A stretch of 64,000 nucleotides of DNA, taken from Escherichia phage P896. Under the pieces are notes generated by a model. The model was not told the DNA's origin, searched no databases, and worked only from the letters and a program-made list of their open reading frames with translations. The stretch lies in sequence record OL451225.1. The stretch is one strand, 5' to 3'. Every line of letters begins with the position of its first letter. Position 1 is the stretch's first letter. The position numbers and the translations under genes are program-made. Positions 17,388 through 26,461 of this stretch are shown piece by piece.

Positions 17388-17819
17388 TTAAGCAACAACT
17401 GCCATTTGTTTGCGGATAGCTTCTGGAAGAGATTCAATATACTCTGGAAGTTGCGCAGCAATAATAGAACCAGCTTGCACCAGATGGTCGTCAGAGTTAA
17501 CACAATAATCATCTTCAAGACGTTCGGAACCGTCGCGGTCGATAACCAGTTTAGCACCAGCAGCCAGTGAATCGTTGTAGTGATTGCGCATCAGTTCAAT
17601 CCACTTATCAGATACATCAGTATCAATCACACCATACAACATGAATTTAACTTCTTGAGGAAGTGATTTCAAACGGGTGGCAGATGCTTCATCACATGCC
17701 AGGACCCAGGATTTGCGGACGCGGTTTTGGTTATGTGGGTTGGCGTCGGTGCGGATGGTTTTAACTTGGATATCTTTAGCAGTTACGTTGTTCATAATAT
17801 TCTCTCTATTCATTATCAA
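17388..17819 (-). CDS. rpbA: RNA polymerase binding protein RpbA-like
   Basis: 143 aa ORF between 45 and 46 as T4 rpbA; call by synteny. Confidence 0.5.
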   Translation of the reverse strand: MIMNRENIMNNVTAKDIQVKTIRTDANPHNQNRVRKSWVLACDEASATRLKSLPQEVKFMLYGVIDTDVSDKWIELMRNHYNDSLAAGAKLVIDRDGSERLEDDYCVNSDDHLVQAGSIIAAQLPEYIESLPEAIRKQMAVVA

Positions 17820-18071
17820 TTAATCAAAGTATTCATATGCAAACCAGGCTTTGTGTCTGTTCGCGATTATTTTAACATATTCTTCACCGAAAGCGTTTTG
17901 TAAGTCACGTTCAGTAACAAGGTGTTCATCTTTCGAAAAGGTATTAACTAACACATACCGTTTAATTTCAGGGACAGCCAGTAAATGCTGCCCGGTTAAG
18001 AAGTCAGCCATAATAGCCTCTATTATAACATCCTTGTTTAAAGCATTATTCCATAACAGTGAATCGACCAA
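17820..18071 (-). CDS. Hypothetical protein (45.2-like position)
   Basis: ORF track; overlaps 3' end of gene 46, start may be internal. Confidence 0.4.
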   Translation of the reverse strand: MVDSLLWNNALNKDVIIEAIMADFLTGQHLLAVPEIKRYVLVNTFSKDEHLVTERDLQNAFGEEYVKIIANRHKAWFAYEYFD

Positions 18072-19740
18072 CTTTTTTCATCTGGAGATGTTGCCCGTAT
18101 GCTTCCGGGTCATGGTCTCGGTGACTGATAATAAAGATGTTGGTGTCTTCCAATTTGTTCAGGATGGTAGCAATTGCTTTAACCCCCTCTACATCAGTAG
18201 CTGAATCGAAAACTTCGTCCAGAATCAAGGTGTTAATATTAACACCAGATACTTTCGCAGCAATATCACGCCATGTAAACAGCAATGCAATATCGATACG
18301 AGCTTTTTCACCTTGGCTAAATGATGCATAGCTGAAGTCTTCACGTCCACGAGATTTAATCGTTTCGTTGAACTCTTCATCTAACGTAAAACTATAATCA
18401 GCTTCCATAACTTTAAGGTAAGCGTTTATCTGCTTATTAAAGATAGGAATATATTTCTTAATAATAGCACCTTTGATACCGGAATCTTTCAACATATCCG
18501 TTAGGATACCACGTTGATATTTTTCCATCACAAGGTCGGATTTCTGTTTGACTATTTTATCAAGCTGGTCTTGAAGCATTTTAATGTCTGCCGCATGGTC
18601 AATGAATTCTGACTTAGCTTGCTCGATTAATGCTTTAACCTTTTTAGCTTTTTCGACAGTCTGGACTAAGGTTTGTTTCTTAGTTTGAATGTCTTGAGCT
18701 ATTGTACGTTGTTTTTGTCTTGCAGCAGAATACGCATCAAATTGCTCCTGAACAGCGTTCTGGCGAGCTTTATGGTTATCAGCTGATACATTACATTCTT
18801 CAATCTTTGACTCAATCCTGGCGACAATGGGGTCTCCTGGATGCAACTGACTGGCACAAGTCTGACAACAACCACCTTTCTCGTACAGACCAACAACCTT
18901 TCGGTAATCGTCTATCTTCGACTTAATCAGGAATGATTCCTGCTTTAACTTCGTGAGTTCATGCTCAGGGTCTTCTCCCAAGATTATCTCGGTCAGTCTT
19001 GTCGTTGCTTCTTCGATAGTCGTTTTGATTCCACGTGCTTCCGTAGCAAGTTCATCATACATCGTTTGTAGCCGCAACAGATTATCACCTGATAATTTTC
19101 TTTGACGGTCTTCGTTGTCCTGATAGATTTTAATCTGTTGAACAATACCATCATGCTGCACATCCATCACCTGGATTTGACTATTGACTTCGCGGATAAG
19201 AGATTTGTTCAGCTTATCCATATCGGCCAGTACAGAAACCTCTAAAAGGTCTTCGACAAGTTTTCTTCTTGCAGGAGTGGATAGGCCCATAAAAGGGGTA
19301 TATCCAGCTGTGCCGAGTACGACAATCTGTTTGAAGCTTGCATAGGACATTCCGATAAGCTGTTCAAATTCCGCTTGGAAGTCTTTACTGCTGGCAGATT
19401 CATCAAGACGTTTACCGCCACAAGAGATTTCAAAAACATTGGGTTTTTGCCCGCGTTTGATATAGTATTCTTTTCCATCATATTCCATCCACAATTCAAC
19501 GAGCATATCTTTTTTGTTGCTCGAGTTAATCAACTGGCCTTTCTTTACATCACGGAAAGGCTTACCGAACATAGCAAAGGTAACCGCTTCAAGGAACGTA
19601 GATTTACCCGCGCCATTCTTACCGGTGACCAGAGTTTTTTGGACTTTATCCAGTTCAACAGTAATCGGTTGAGCACCAACCGACATAATATTTTTATAGA
19701 TAACTTTCTTAAGCTTAAAAGTCTTCATCGTAATAAGCAT
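18046..19740 (-). CDS. 46: Recombination endonuclease subunit gp46 (Rad50/SbcC-like ATPase)
   Basis: 564 aa; Walker A GKNGAGKST, coiled coil with CxxC hook (GCCQTCAS), C-terminal ABC signature. Confidence 0.93.
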   Translation of the reverse strand: MLITMKTFKLKKVIYKNIMSVGAQPITVELDKVQKTLVTGKNGAGKSTFLEAVTFAMFGKPFRDVKKGQLINSSNKKDMLVELWMEYDGKEYYIKRGQKPNVFEISCGGKRLDESASSKDFQAEFEQLIGMSYASFKQIVVLGTAGYTPFMGLSTPARRKLVEDLLEVSVLADMDKLNKSLIREVNSQIQVMDVQHDGIVQQIKIYQDNEDRQRKLSGDNLLRLQTMYDELATEARGIKTTIEEATTRLTEIILGEDPEHELTKLKQESFLIKSKIDDYRKVVGLYEKGGCCQTCASQLHPGDPIVARIESKIEECNVSADNHKARQNAVQEQFDAYSAARQKQRTIAQDIQTKKQTLVQTVEKAKKVKALIEQAKSEFIDHAADIKMLQDQLDKIVKQKSDLVMEKYQRGILTDMLKDSGIKGAIIKKYIPIFNKQINAYLKVMEADYSFTLDEEFNETIKSRGREDFSYASFSQGEKARIDIALLFTWRDIAAKVSGVNINTLILDEVFDSATDVEGVKAIATILNKLEDTNIFIISHRDHDPEAYGQHLQMKKVGRFTVME

Positions 19741-19978
19741 CCTTGATACATGATTCAGCCATATGGATTAATGCCTCTGGAGTATCATCTTCCATTACAT
19801 TAAAGCTAAATTCCACGGCCCAATCGGTGACTACATAGACTTTGATAAGTTGACCAGTTTCCCGGTCAGTGATAGCTTCAAACCAATACTTAATAGTATT
19901 CGGTTGATTATCGTCGTCAACCACATCACATTCGCGGATATGCTCAAGTCCCGCTTCATTAAAATCATAAAGTCTCAT
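19715..19978 (-). CDS. Hypothetical protein (87 aa)
   Basis: ORF track; between 47 and 46. Confidence 0.5.
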   Translation of the reverse strand: MRLYDFNEAGLEHIRECDVVDDDNQPNTIKYWFEAITDRETGQLIKVYVVTDWAVEFSFNVMEDDTPEALIHMAESCIKDAYYDEDF

Positions 19979-20996
19979 TGTTGCACCTCAAGATATAATT
20001 TGTTGGCCAATGCTTTGAGAGCTTTTGATTCTTTCTCATTGGCGTCAGGTAATGCATCGATATATTCTGCCATCATATCTGTTAAGCGTTTTATGTCTAA
20101 CTCTTCATCAGAGTCTGACGTATCAACACTGTTATCAACCTTATTGACAACACGCAATTCATGCACACGCTTTTCTAATTCAGATTCGAACTTGGTCAGG
20201 TCTTTATCGACTTTTTCTACAATAACACGGACTGATAAGTCTTTGAAGTCGTCGTAGTTAATAGTTTCGTTTGGATAGAAAATCTTCCGATGCCAGGTGG
20301 TTTCATTCGGAATAAATTTCATCTCTTCGGTTTCGGTATCAAATTCCCAGAACCCGCGCGGGTCGTTCTCATCACCTGCTGTTAATGTCCATGGTGTCCC
20401 GATGTACTTAACGTTTGCGGCTTCTGAAATGGTATGAAAGTGACCAGACCAAACTTGCTTGTACTTCTTAAGGAAATCAGGCTCAAGTCCGTGGGATTTC
20501 AATCCTTTATAGAAATAAAACCCGGTTAATTCCCAGTGACCGATGCAATATTCAGCCCCAGAAGTTTTGATGTGTTGATGAATGTCAGTTGCGTTCTCGT
20601 CACACATCCATGGAATCATATCAATCTGATAACCGTCAAAATCAACAGTCGTTGGCTTATCGTAGATTTTAACATGGTCATACTTATTCAGGAGTTCAGT
20701 GATAGCATTGGGATGAATCTTATTCTTCAGATTCATGTCATGGTTCCCGACTATCGTGTGCATAGTAATTCCTGCTTCACGAAGGAGTTCCATAATCTCA
20801 CGGCTGAATTCCATCGTCTTATGCGTTACGGCCTTACGGACGTCAAAAATATCACCATATTGAATCCAGACTTTAATCCCATTCGCTTTGGAATATGCAA
20901 TCGCCTGTAAAATACCATCGCGTTGAATGTTTTGAGCCCATGGGTCGTCAGCTTTGACACCCAAGTGCCAATCACCTAAATTTAAAATTTTCATAA
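19975..20996 (-). CDS. 47: Recombination nuclease subunit gp47 (Mre11/SbcD-like)
   Basis: Start at MKILNLGDWHLG (phosphoesterase motif I); 340 aa. Confidence 0.93.
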
Positions 20997-21134
20997 GCCA
21001 AGCACCGTTATCGCAATGCAAAATAAAATTATTGAAATGAACCCGTCAGGAGTGGAAAAGAATCCTATCCAACAAGCTCGTGTGAATGTATAGAATGCCA
21101 TGAATAGCACGACATATCCTAAAAATAATTCCAT
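20993..21134 (-). CDS. Small membrane protein (47 aa)
   Basis: Own translation MELFLGYVVLFMAF...; ATGA overlap with gene 47 start. Confidence 0.35.
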
Positions 21135-21180
21135 ATGTTCTCCTCAGTTGGTTCATTTTATCATCCCGAATATAAAGCAA

Positions 21181-21205
21181 AAAGGAAGCACTAGGCTTCC
21201 TTTCC
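21181..21205 (-). terminator. Hairpin terminator
   Basis: GGAAGC-ACTA-GGCTTCC palindrome flanked by A/T runs. Confidence 0.45.
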
Positions 21206-21422
21206 AATTAATACACCATACAGAGGTTCATGAGAAGACCTGAACTTGATAGGCTTATAGGTAATAGTACCTTCATTTTCTGCTTTAATACGAGCGGCTT
21301 CAAATTGAAGTATCATCTCATTTTTGTCAGATTTAATCTTATCAAAATCCGTCGAATTCGTCATTCATATGACCTCTTAAACTTTTTCGTATTCGTCGTT
21401 CATTAGCCTGCTGTCCATGTTA

Positions 21423-21629
21423 TCATCGTTGCCACCATTTCTTAAGTTGATGTGAGTCTACCCAAACTTTGGATGTCGGCTCAATTTTAACAATACCTTT
21501 TGGAACACCATAAGGGCCAAGGAGCTTACATTCGGTTTCGGACTGCTTGATACAGATATTACCGTATGAGCGAAGTCTGAAAGCGGCTCCAATAAGAAGC
21601 CGTTTAAAAGGTTTATTTACTAATGCCAT
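21423..21629 (-). CDS. Hypothetical protein (68 aa)
   Basis: ORF track. Confidence 0.45.
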   Translation of the reverse strand: MALVNKPFKRLLIGAAFRLRSYGNICIKQSETECKLLGPYGVPKGIVKIEPTSKVWVDSHQLKKWWQR

Positions 21630-21924
21630 TTACGATTTCCCAAATTTGTTTGCGAGTAGAATCCCACATCAACTTAATCAGGTCTTCCGTAACGGGTTGG
21701 CGGTAAATCCCACGCAGTTTAACTAAAGCGTATTTGTATGCTTCAAAATTGTTTTCCAGCACTGCGCCTTGAGCATGCTTATTCAGTCGTGCAATTTCAC
21801 GAGCATTCTTTTTCAGAATCTTCGCTGCTTGGCTGGTTGCTTCAAGTGCGTTCGCTTCTTCGAGACGTTCCTGTGCTTCTTCAATCTGCTTATCGGTCAG
21901 TTGAGAAATATCTGGAGCTTGCAT
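21613..21924 (-). CDS. Hypothetical protein (103 aa)
   Basis: ORF track. Confidence 0.5.
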   Translation of the reverse strand: MQAPDISQLTDKQIEEAQERLEEANALEATSQAAKILKKNAREIARLNKHAQGAVLENNFEAYKYALVKLRGIYRQPVTEDLIKLMWDSTRKQIWEIVNGISK

Positions 21925-21925
21925 A

Positions 21926-22177
21926 TTAATCCTTGGGAGTTAACTCAATTGTAAAATATAGATTAGCATTATCCACATGATAACGGTAATCAACGTTATT
22001 ATCCGGTGAAGTAAATTCCAGATTCCGGACGTTTAAAGGGTCGATATCAATTGGAAGACCTTTTATGTCTCGCAGATAAAGTTTAATGAAATATGGGAGC
22101 GCCGTAAAGTCTTCCTCGATTTTATCTAAAAAATCGGTAATATCAAATTGATGTTCCATATAAAAAATCCAAATCAC
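21926..22177 (-). CDS. Hypothetical protein (83 aa)
   Basis: ORF track. Confidence 0.5.
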   Translation of the reverse strand: MIWIFYMEHQFDITDFLDKIEEDFTALPYFIKLYLRDIKGLPIDIDPLNVRNLEFTSPDNNVDYRYHVDNANLYFTIELTPKD

Positions 22178-22700
22178 CCTCTTTATCTTTGGCGCTCTTA
22201 TCAGACCCTGGCGCTTTAACTAAGGAGGATTCGTACTGTGTCATTTTGTCGTAGATGTCCTGGATAAATGTTTCATCAGCCAGAGCCACCATATCGTCAT
22301 CACGTGAATCGTATACGTTATGGACGAAGTAGCTATATTTCTTTGCCATTTCTTTACGTTCTTTTTTGATACGCTGAACGAAAGCATTGAAGCAAGCCAT
22401 TGTTATGTAAGCATGTGGATTATCGTATTTTGTTTCGTCGAAGTTGTGAAGACCTTTTATTGCGGCCTCAATTCCGTCCGCTATCATTTCTTGCTTCCAG
22501 GATTGGGTATATCCGGAGAAGTTGAAACGTTTGCTAAGACCTTCGGCTATAAGCATAATCGCCAGACCAATAACATCGTTCTGGCGAATAATTTTGTTCG
22601 GGTCAGTGTTCGCATTCAGCTTCTGTTTCCACTCCGAAATAGCTTTCAAAAGCTCTTTATTATTTACATAGTTATTCTTGGTTAATTTAATTTCGTTCAT
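22143..22700 (-). CDS. 55: Late sigma factor gp55
   Basis: 185 aa as T4 gp55; sigma region-2-like segment; position upstream of 47. Confidence 0.88.
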   Translation of the reverse strand: MNEIKLTKNNYVNNKELLKAISEWKQKLNANTDPNKIIRQNDVIGLAIMLIAEGLSKRFNFSGYTQSWKQEMIADGIEAAIKGLHNFDETKYDNPHAYITMACFNAFVQRIKKERKEMAKKYSYFVHNVYDSRDDDMVALADETFIQDIYDKMTQYESSLVKAPGSDKSAKDKEGDLDFLYGTSI

Positions 22701-22748
22701 ATCGCCTCACTTAGTATATGAATATTATATCATCCTTTATACAAAGCA

Positions 22749-23015
22749 TTAGCGAAGTAAACAGTAAGCCTGGAAGACCTTCTCCATAATTGCCTTAAAT
22801 TCATGGATGTCAATATAAGGGATAACCTCGGCATCACTAATGAATTCCATCAGACGGTCATGCTCGTTGCGGTATTGTCCTTCATTCAACATGCCGATAT
22901 GGGACTCCCACGAGCCATACCCTTCTACGTGTGGGAAGAATGTTATTTTCATGAATTCATCCACCCAAAACGTTCCCAGGTCCTGGATGGATATCATTGT
23001 ATGATTGATGTGCAT
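22749..23015 (-). CDS. Hypothetical protein (88 aa)
   Basis: ORF track (55.x region). Confidence 0.5.
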   Translation of the reverse strand: MHINHTMISIQDLGTFWVDEFMKITFFPHVEGYGSWESHIGMLNEGQYRNEHDRLMEFISDAEVIPYIDIHEFKAIMEKVFQAYCLLR

Positions 23016-23281
23016 CAGTACACCAATTGAGCAGCTTCTAAAACATCATCAAGCTTATCAAACTGGTCAATATAATCAATCCCACCAACTTCATCTTTAG
23101 CATACAACCAATATTGGTGGAATTCATATTCAATAATAAAGTGGTCACCTTCAATCTGGAGAACCCCATCACCATTAAATTGAACTGCATAACCCGTAAA
23201 GCGGACATCATTCAGGAGTTCTTCTTTCATAGTAATCATTTCCAAGTTTTTATCGTAATTAGAGAGTTTTATTTTAATCAT
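23015..23281 (-). CDS. Hypothetical protein (88 aa)
   Basis: ORF track. Confidence 0.5.
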   Translation of the reverse strand: MIKIKLSNYDKNLEMITMKEELLNDVRFTGYAVQFNGDGVLQIEGDHFIIEYEFHQYWLYAKDEVGGIDYIDQFDKLDDVLEAAQLVY

Positions 23282-23537
23282 TTAAGTAGTCCAGGAATTC
23301 GTCTAATGTCATGCCTTCCGCCCAAGCTTCCCAAGCATCGATTTTAGTGTACTTGGTTTTAGTACACATAGGATAGATTCTGAATTCATATCCCATTGCA
23401 ATGAAATAATTTAAAGTCCTTTGTAAATAGTATCCTTGGCTAATTTTATGAGCTCGGCGAATTCCATTAGCATACGTATGTTTGTAAGATACTATCACCG
23501 CAACACCTTCAGGTAATTCAATAGCAGGACACATCAT
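23274..23537 (-). CDS. Hypothetical protein (87 aa)
   Basis: ORF track. Confidence 0.5.
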   Translation of the reverse strand: MMCPAIELPEGVAVIVSYKHTYANGIRRAHKISQGYYLQRTLNYFIAMGYEFRIYPMCTKTKYTKIDAWEAWAEGMTLDEFLDYLND

Positions 23538-23860
23538 TTCGCACCCTTAATAATTTTCAGGTCAACAAAACCTTTCTTACGCTGGGAATTCATGCGCTTG
23601 ATGGCTTTGTCAGAAACTTCTTTGTTTTCACGTGGAAGCGGCAGACCAAACGCTACTACATCAAATTCATTCAGGATATACTGGACAAGGCTTTCACGAA
23701 TACGCGCTTTACCCATTGTCTGACCTTCTGCAATAATTAGCTTCTGTACATCGCCTTCCCACTGGTCCAGAATTTCAGGGGTAACGAAACCAGATTTCAT
23801 CAGAGTGTTGACTTTAGCAAACGCGAAATTAGCGATGGTGTTAGTGATAGATGCAGTCAT
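23534..23860 (-). CDS. Hypothetical protein (108 aa)
   Basis: ORF track. Confidence 0.5.
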   Translation of the reverse strand: MTASITNTIANFAFAKVNTLMKSGFVTPEILDQWEGDVQKLIIAEGQTMGKARIRESLVQYILNEFDVVAFGLPLPRENKEVSDKAIKRMNSQRKKGFVDLKIIKGAK

Positions 23861-23932
23861 GATATATTCCTCAGTCTCATTAAATTAAAATTTTATTATC
23901 CTGGGGTCATTATACCATGACCCCGTTGGTTT

Positions 23933-24130
23933 TTATTGCGCTTTAGCCGCTTTCCAGCCTTCATACATCATTGCGGCTGATATTAATATCGCTCCTGAAC
24001 AACTTGAATACTTGTGATTCCAAAACCAGTTTAGAAAAACTTCGTCATCGATACCTTGAGCTATCATATTTTCAAAGAACTGACGACGAGCTTCAGCAAT
24101 TCGCTGTGATAATTTAGATTCAGGGTTCAT
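23933..24130 (-). CDS. Hypothetical protein (65 aa)
   Basis: ORF track. Confidence 0.45.
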   Translation of the reverse strand: MNPESKLSQRIAEARRQFFENMIAQGIDDEVFLNWFWNHKYSSCSGAILISAAMMYEGWKAAKAQ

Positions 24131-24269
24131 TTAAATTTTCCAGTTACCGTTTTCATCAATAAATTCAATCCAGTCATTTACTGACCACTTGGTTGTATCG
24201 CCTTTTGGAGCAGAATTTAAAGCGTATAATCCTTGTTTAAAAAGCATTCGTTTGATATTCATGTTTTCC

Positions 24270-24563
24270 TCAGCTGTAACGATAGCACTCGTTTGATTTA
24301 CGTTTTGCAACACGGTGAGAAGTATTATAATCAAAATCATCCTCAACGTATACATCTTTTTTCAACTGACGAACTTCTTTACGCAGTTGACGATTCATCT
24401 CATTCTTGACTTCTGAATCAACGCCACGCATACGCTTCCATTTGTCTGAACGGAAGATATTTTCTTCAACTTGTTCCTGACTTACACCATCAGGCGCTCG
24501 GCGACGCCCTGAATAATAAAAATCTTTTACAGACAATTCTTTGCGACGAATAGTTTTACCCAT
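24270..24563 (-). CDS. Hypothetical basic protein (97 aa)
   Basis: ORF track. Confidence 0.5.
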   Translation of the reverse strand: MGKTIRRKELSVKDFYYSGRRRAPDGVSQEQVEENIFRSDKWKRMRGVDSEVKNEMNRQLRKEVRQLKKDVYVEDDFDYNTSHRVAKRKSNECYRYS

Positions 24564-24565
24564 AG

Positions 24566-24820
24566 TTACCTCAGCAGTTTGTATCCAATAAGCTTTTTAA
24601 TGTACTGGATATCTTTGACATCCAAATCCAACTTAAGGTCTTTCAGACGGTCGACCAGGGTCAAAAAGGTTACATGTTTCCAATTCTTCACTGGGCAACA
24701 ATAAGTCTTAGGACCATTTGCAATTTCAATATTTTTATCTGTGACGGTGATAAAAATCAAACGTTCATCATCAAGATTAAGGGTGGCGACATTTTTCATT
24801 GAATGTAATTTCAGGCTCAT
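24566..24820 (-). CDS. Hypothetical protein (84 aa)
   Basis: ORF track. Confidence 0.5.
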   Translation of the reverse strand: MSLKLHSMKNVATLNLDDERLIFITVTDKNIEIANGPKTYCCPVKNWKHVTFLTLVDRLKDLKLDLDVKDIQYIKKLIGYKLLR

Positions 24821-24999
24821 AATTTAGGTCCTTTTGCAACTGTATTGAACAAGCTACGGTCACACACCATCAACGGAGCATCAGGCCATTTCAAAGGACG
24901 ATACCATACATCTTGGTCCGTCACTTTGGTTACTTGCACAGGATAGCCATTTACTGAATAATACTGGTCGGCTTTAATTTCTTTATCTTCAATAACCAT
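24817..24999 (-). CDS. Hypothetical protein (60 aa)
   Basis: Start at MVIEDKEIK; upstream extension in track is read-through of family A leader. Confidence 0.5.
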   Translation of the reverse strand: MVIEDKEIKADQYYSVNGYPVQVTKVTDQDVWYRPLKWPDAPLMVCDRSLFNTVAKGPKL

Positions 25000-25066
25000 T
25001 TTGTTTTCCTCATCAGTAGTTGATGGGATAATGATACACCGTTCAAAGGGGCTTGTACACCCCTTT
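25000..25066 (-). promoter_or_regulatory. T4-type early promoter + leader (family A)
   Basis: Minus TTGTACA...TATCATTATCCCATCAACTACTGATGAGGAAAAC. Confidence 0.6.
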
Positions 25067-25384
25067 TTAATCTTCAATTAAGTCCTGGTCATACCCCAGG
25101 GATATCAGTTTTGTTTTAAAGGCAGGAATATTTGTCATTTTTTCATCATTGACAAAAATCACTGGGTAACGAATGTTAAGGGTAGGATATCCAGCACGCT
25201 TAGCCAAAGACACGATTAATGGCCTGTCATAAGCGATTTCAGAGCCTTGTTTGTTAAGGACTGAATAGAATGTATAAGGAAGGTTTAAGGAGCCCAGAAG
25301 GCTCCTGACGTGCATACAACCTGGGCATCGACCGACTTCTTCGGGGATACCATAGATTTCAATCTTAGTCGAGTTTTGGTCCAC
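25067..25384 (-). CDS. nrdH: Glutaredoxin-like protein NrdH
   Basis: 105 aa; CPGC redox motif; position next to nrdG/nrdD. Confidence 0.7.
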   Translation of the reverse strand: MDQNSTKIEIYGIPEEVGRCPGCMHVRSLLGSLNLPYTFYSVLNKQGSEIAYDRPLIVSLAKRAGYPTLNIRYPVIFVNDEKMTNIPAFKTKLISLGYDQDLIED

Positions 25385-25664
25385 AGGAAATCACTCCTTG
25401 GTAGTTCCAGGTTTTAATAACTTCTTCATCGCTGGCAGTTGCGTACGGGACATAAACCTGAATAAGGAAACCCGTGTCATCGAAAGAGAAATAAACCGTC
25501 GGTTTGATTCCATGAATCTCAGACAATGCATAGATGTCTTTAAGGTCTTCTTCCTTACCGACAAAGAATTCCGGGTCCAGGTCACAGTCGTGGAAGTACC
25601 ATTCATCACCGAACTTGTCCCATGCGGTCCAATTAGTAGCTACATATTCTTCAAAACGTTTCAT
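25365..25664 (-). CDS. Hypothetical protein (99 aa)
   Basis: ORF track. Confidence 0.5.
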   Translation of the reverse strand: MKRFEEYVATNWTAWDKFGDEWYFHDCDLDPEFFVGKEEDLKDIYALSEIHGIKPTVYFSFDDTGFLIQVYVPYATASDEEVIKTWNYQGVISCGPKLD

Positions 25665-25900
25665 TCTTTCACCTTCAGCATTTTTGCAATGGTACTATGA
25701 ATAGTCTGGATTCTTTTGTTGAATTCAGAGCTTTCGAGGCCAGGATTGGTGCTTAACCAACCGATAATAACAAACAGCAAACCAAACGGGATAGCCAGAA
25801 TAAGCAGACAAACGATGAACAAAACAAGCGTTATGTTTGCCAGAATATCTGCTGTAGCATTACGAAATTTATTCATATTTACCCTTAATTGATTAACCAA
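25661..25900 (-). CDS. Small membrane protein (79 aa)
   Basis: ORF track; two hydrophobic helices. Confidence 0.5.
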   Translation of the reverse strand: MVNQLRVNMNKFRNATADILANITLVLFIVCLLILAIPFGLLFVIIGWLSTNPGLESSEFNKRIQTIHSTIAKMLKVKE

Positions 25901-25990
25901 GCATTGATAAACACTAAACTATACTGCGAATAAAATTCTGGACCAAAACGAAAAATCATATCATTTATAGTATCCATAATGTAATTCAAT

Positions 25991-26461
25991 TTAATCATGT
26001 TTCCACACCCCATCGGTATTTGACCAAAGTCGCTGATTATCCGACCCTCGCCACAGTTTTTTGGTCGGAAGATTTTTCTCATACTTCCCATCAATAATAA
26101 CATCAACATATTTAAGCATTTCTAGTTGTTTAATATCTTCAAACTTATATCCTGTCCACATCCAAATGCTTTTATTGGGATAAAGATTTTTAATAGTTTG
26201 AACCACAGAGTGAATAACATCTCGGTTATCAGGATAGAGAGGGTCTCCTCCGGTTATAGTTAATCCTTCTATATAATCATTATTCAAACATTCAATTAAT
26301 TGTTCTAGTGTTTTACCAGTAAATGGAACACCATTTCTAGCATTCCATGTTGATTTATTATAACACCCTTCGCATTTATGCAAACAACCTGTAACGAAAA
26401 GAACGACCCTGCATCCAGGGCCATTCACAAAATCGCAAGGATAAAATCTATCATAATTCAT
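25991..26461 (-). CDS. nrdG: Anaerobic ribonucleotide reductase activase NrdG (radical SAM)
   Basis: 156 aa as T4 NrdG; CxxxCxxC-type cluster (GCLHKCEGCYN). Confidence 0.9.
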   Translation of the reverse strand: MNYDRFYPCDFVNGPGCRVVLFVTGCLHKCEGCYNKSTWNARNGVPFTGKTLEQLIECLNNDYIEGLTITGGDPLYPDNRDVIHSVVQTIKNLYPNKSIWMWTGYKFEDIKQLEMLKYVDVIIDGKYEKNLPTKKLWRGSDNQRLWSNTDGVWKHD